Shown: in pieces, positions 63,129 to 64,000 of the stretch | Position numbering within the stretch: position 1 is the stretch's first letter | Layout: each line of letters opens with the position of its first letter | DNA from: Octopus bimaculoides | Taxonomy: Eukaryota | Length of the DNA: 64,000 nt | NCBI RefSeq assembly: GCF_001194135.2 | Contig: NC_068985.1 | Location: 120,417,278 to 120,481,277, forward strand | Direction of reading: 5' to 3' | Notes under the pieces: model-generated | Told to the model about the DNA's origin: nothing | Database searches by the model: none | What the model saw: only the letters and a program-made list of their open reading frames with translations | Position numbers and translations under genes: made by a program

Positions 63129-63187
<59 letters not shown>
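63128..63187. repeat. (TAG)n microsatellite
   Basis: Directly visible. Confidence 0.97.
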
Positions 63188-63227
63188 TACCTTTTGTAAG
63201 TGTAATCACACACGGAACGCCACATAT

Positions 63228-63262
<35 letters not shown>

Positions 63263-63277
63263 CAAACATACATACAT

Positions 63278-63333
<56 letters not shown>

Positions 63334-63636
63334 TGGTCCAATAGGTTTCATATATAAAATGTGGAGATTACAGAGTAGGTTTTTTTATATTTTTGCAATT
63401 ATTGAAATCAGCCAATATATATTATGAAGTCTCGTCGCTCCACTATGTCGACGTAGAATCTTATTGGAATGCTAGCTTTGGAACTATGAATAATGGTGAT
63501 TGACTGATTTCTATAATGTATAGCTATGTACACACACACGCACACGCATACACAAACACACACATATAAACATGGATATATACACACACACACACACACA
63601 TATATATATACATATACATATATATATATATAAATA

Positions 63637-63670
63637 CTAGCAGAGATACCCGGTGTTGCTTGGGATTAAA
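63637..63670 (-). mobile_element. possible orphan Helitron-type 3' terminus
   Basis: Minus strand reads CCCAAGCAACACCGGG-TATCTCTG-CTAG|T, the same spacing as 17912-17940. Confidence 0.4.
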
Positions 63671-63689
63671 GTGGCATAGTTTTTTATTC

Positions 63690-63958
63690 TTTTATTTGTT
63701 TCAGTCATTTAACTGCACCCATGCTGGAGCAACATCTTTAGTCGACAAATAGACACAGGGACTTATTCTTTGTAAGCCTAGTGCTTATTCTATCGATCTG
63801 TCTTGCTGAACGGGTAAGTTACAGAGGCGTAAACACACCAACATCGGTTGTCAAGCGAAGCGATGATGGAGGCACAAATGCAGACACGCACAACCACAAA
63901 TATATGTACGACGGGCTTCAATCAGTTTCTGTCTACCAAAATCCACTCACAATGCTTA

Positions 63959-63960
<2 letters not shown>
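63690..63960 (-). mobile_element. family-2 SINE
   Basis: Reverse complement of the 3' module (CAGTCATTTAACTGC...CATGCTGGAGC...GGACTTATTCTTTGTAAGCCTAGT...GTAAACACACCAACATCGGTTGTCAAGC), plus ACGACGGGCTTC...CAGTTTCTGTCTACCAAA. Confidence 0.85.

Positions 63961-64000
<40 letters not shown>

Noticed and set aside
1-64000. CRISPR arrays, rRNA genes, true tRNA genes or prokaryotic operons
   Set aside because: None seen. The tRNA-like box A and box B motifs all belong to SINE heads, and no repeat has constant-length unique spacers.

Overview
AT-rich, repeat-saturated animal genomic DNA with nine large N gaps, nearly all bordered by microsatellites. The SINE families and microsatellite density suggest an octopus or related coleoid cephalopod (inference from recognising the repeats; no search was run). 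No host protein-coding gene could be supported: the long ORFs in the track are gap or microsatellite artefacts, or decayed transposon ORFs. Recognisable content: three L1/Tx1-like non-LTR elements, seven fragments of R4/Dong-like LINEs (restriction-like endonuclease type), a full-length decayed mariner with a nested SINE, Tc1-like and hAT transposase remnants, a deleted Helitron RepHel gene, a non-autonomous Helitron, two MITEs and many tRNA-derived SINEs. The best candidate for a new system is at 28.4-33.2 kb. There an ORF2-bearing L1/Tx1-like element, an ORF1-only (HAL1-like) element and a SINE lie head-to-tail, end in the same 3' tail, and the two LINE-like elements appear to have inserted at the same 13-bp site inside the SINE head. 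Other notable items are a dense STAT/kB-like motif array (19.4-19.7 kb), an apparent twin-priming inversion in an R4/Dong-like LINE (43.2-44.0 kb) and two fold-back structures (2.8-3.8 kb and 60.1-60.4 kb). Coordinates of decayed elements are approximate, and mismatch counts were made by eye.
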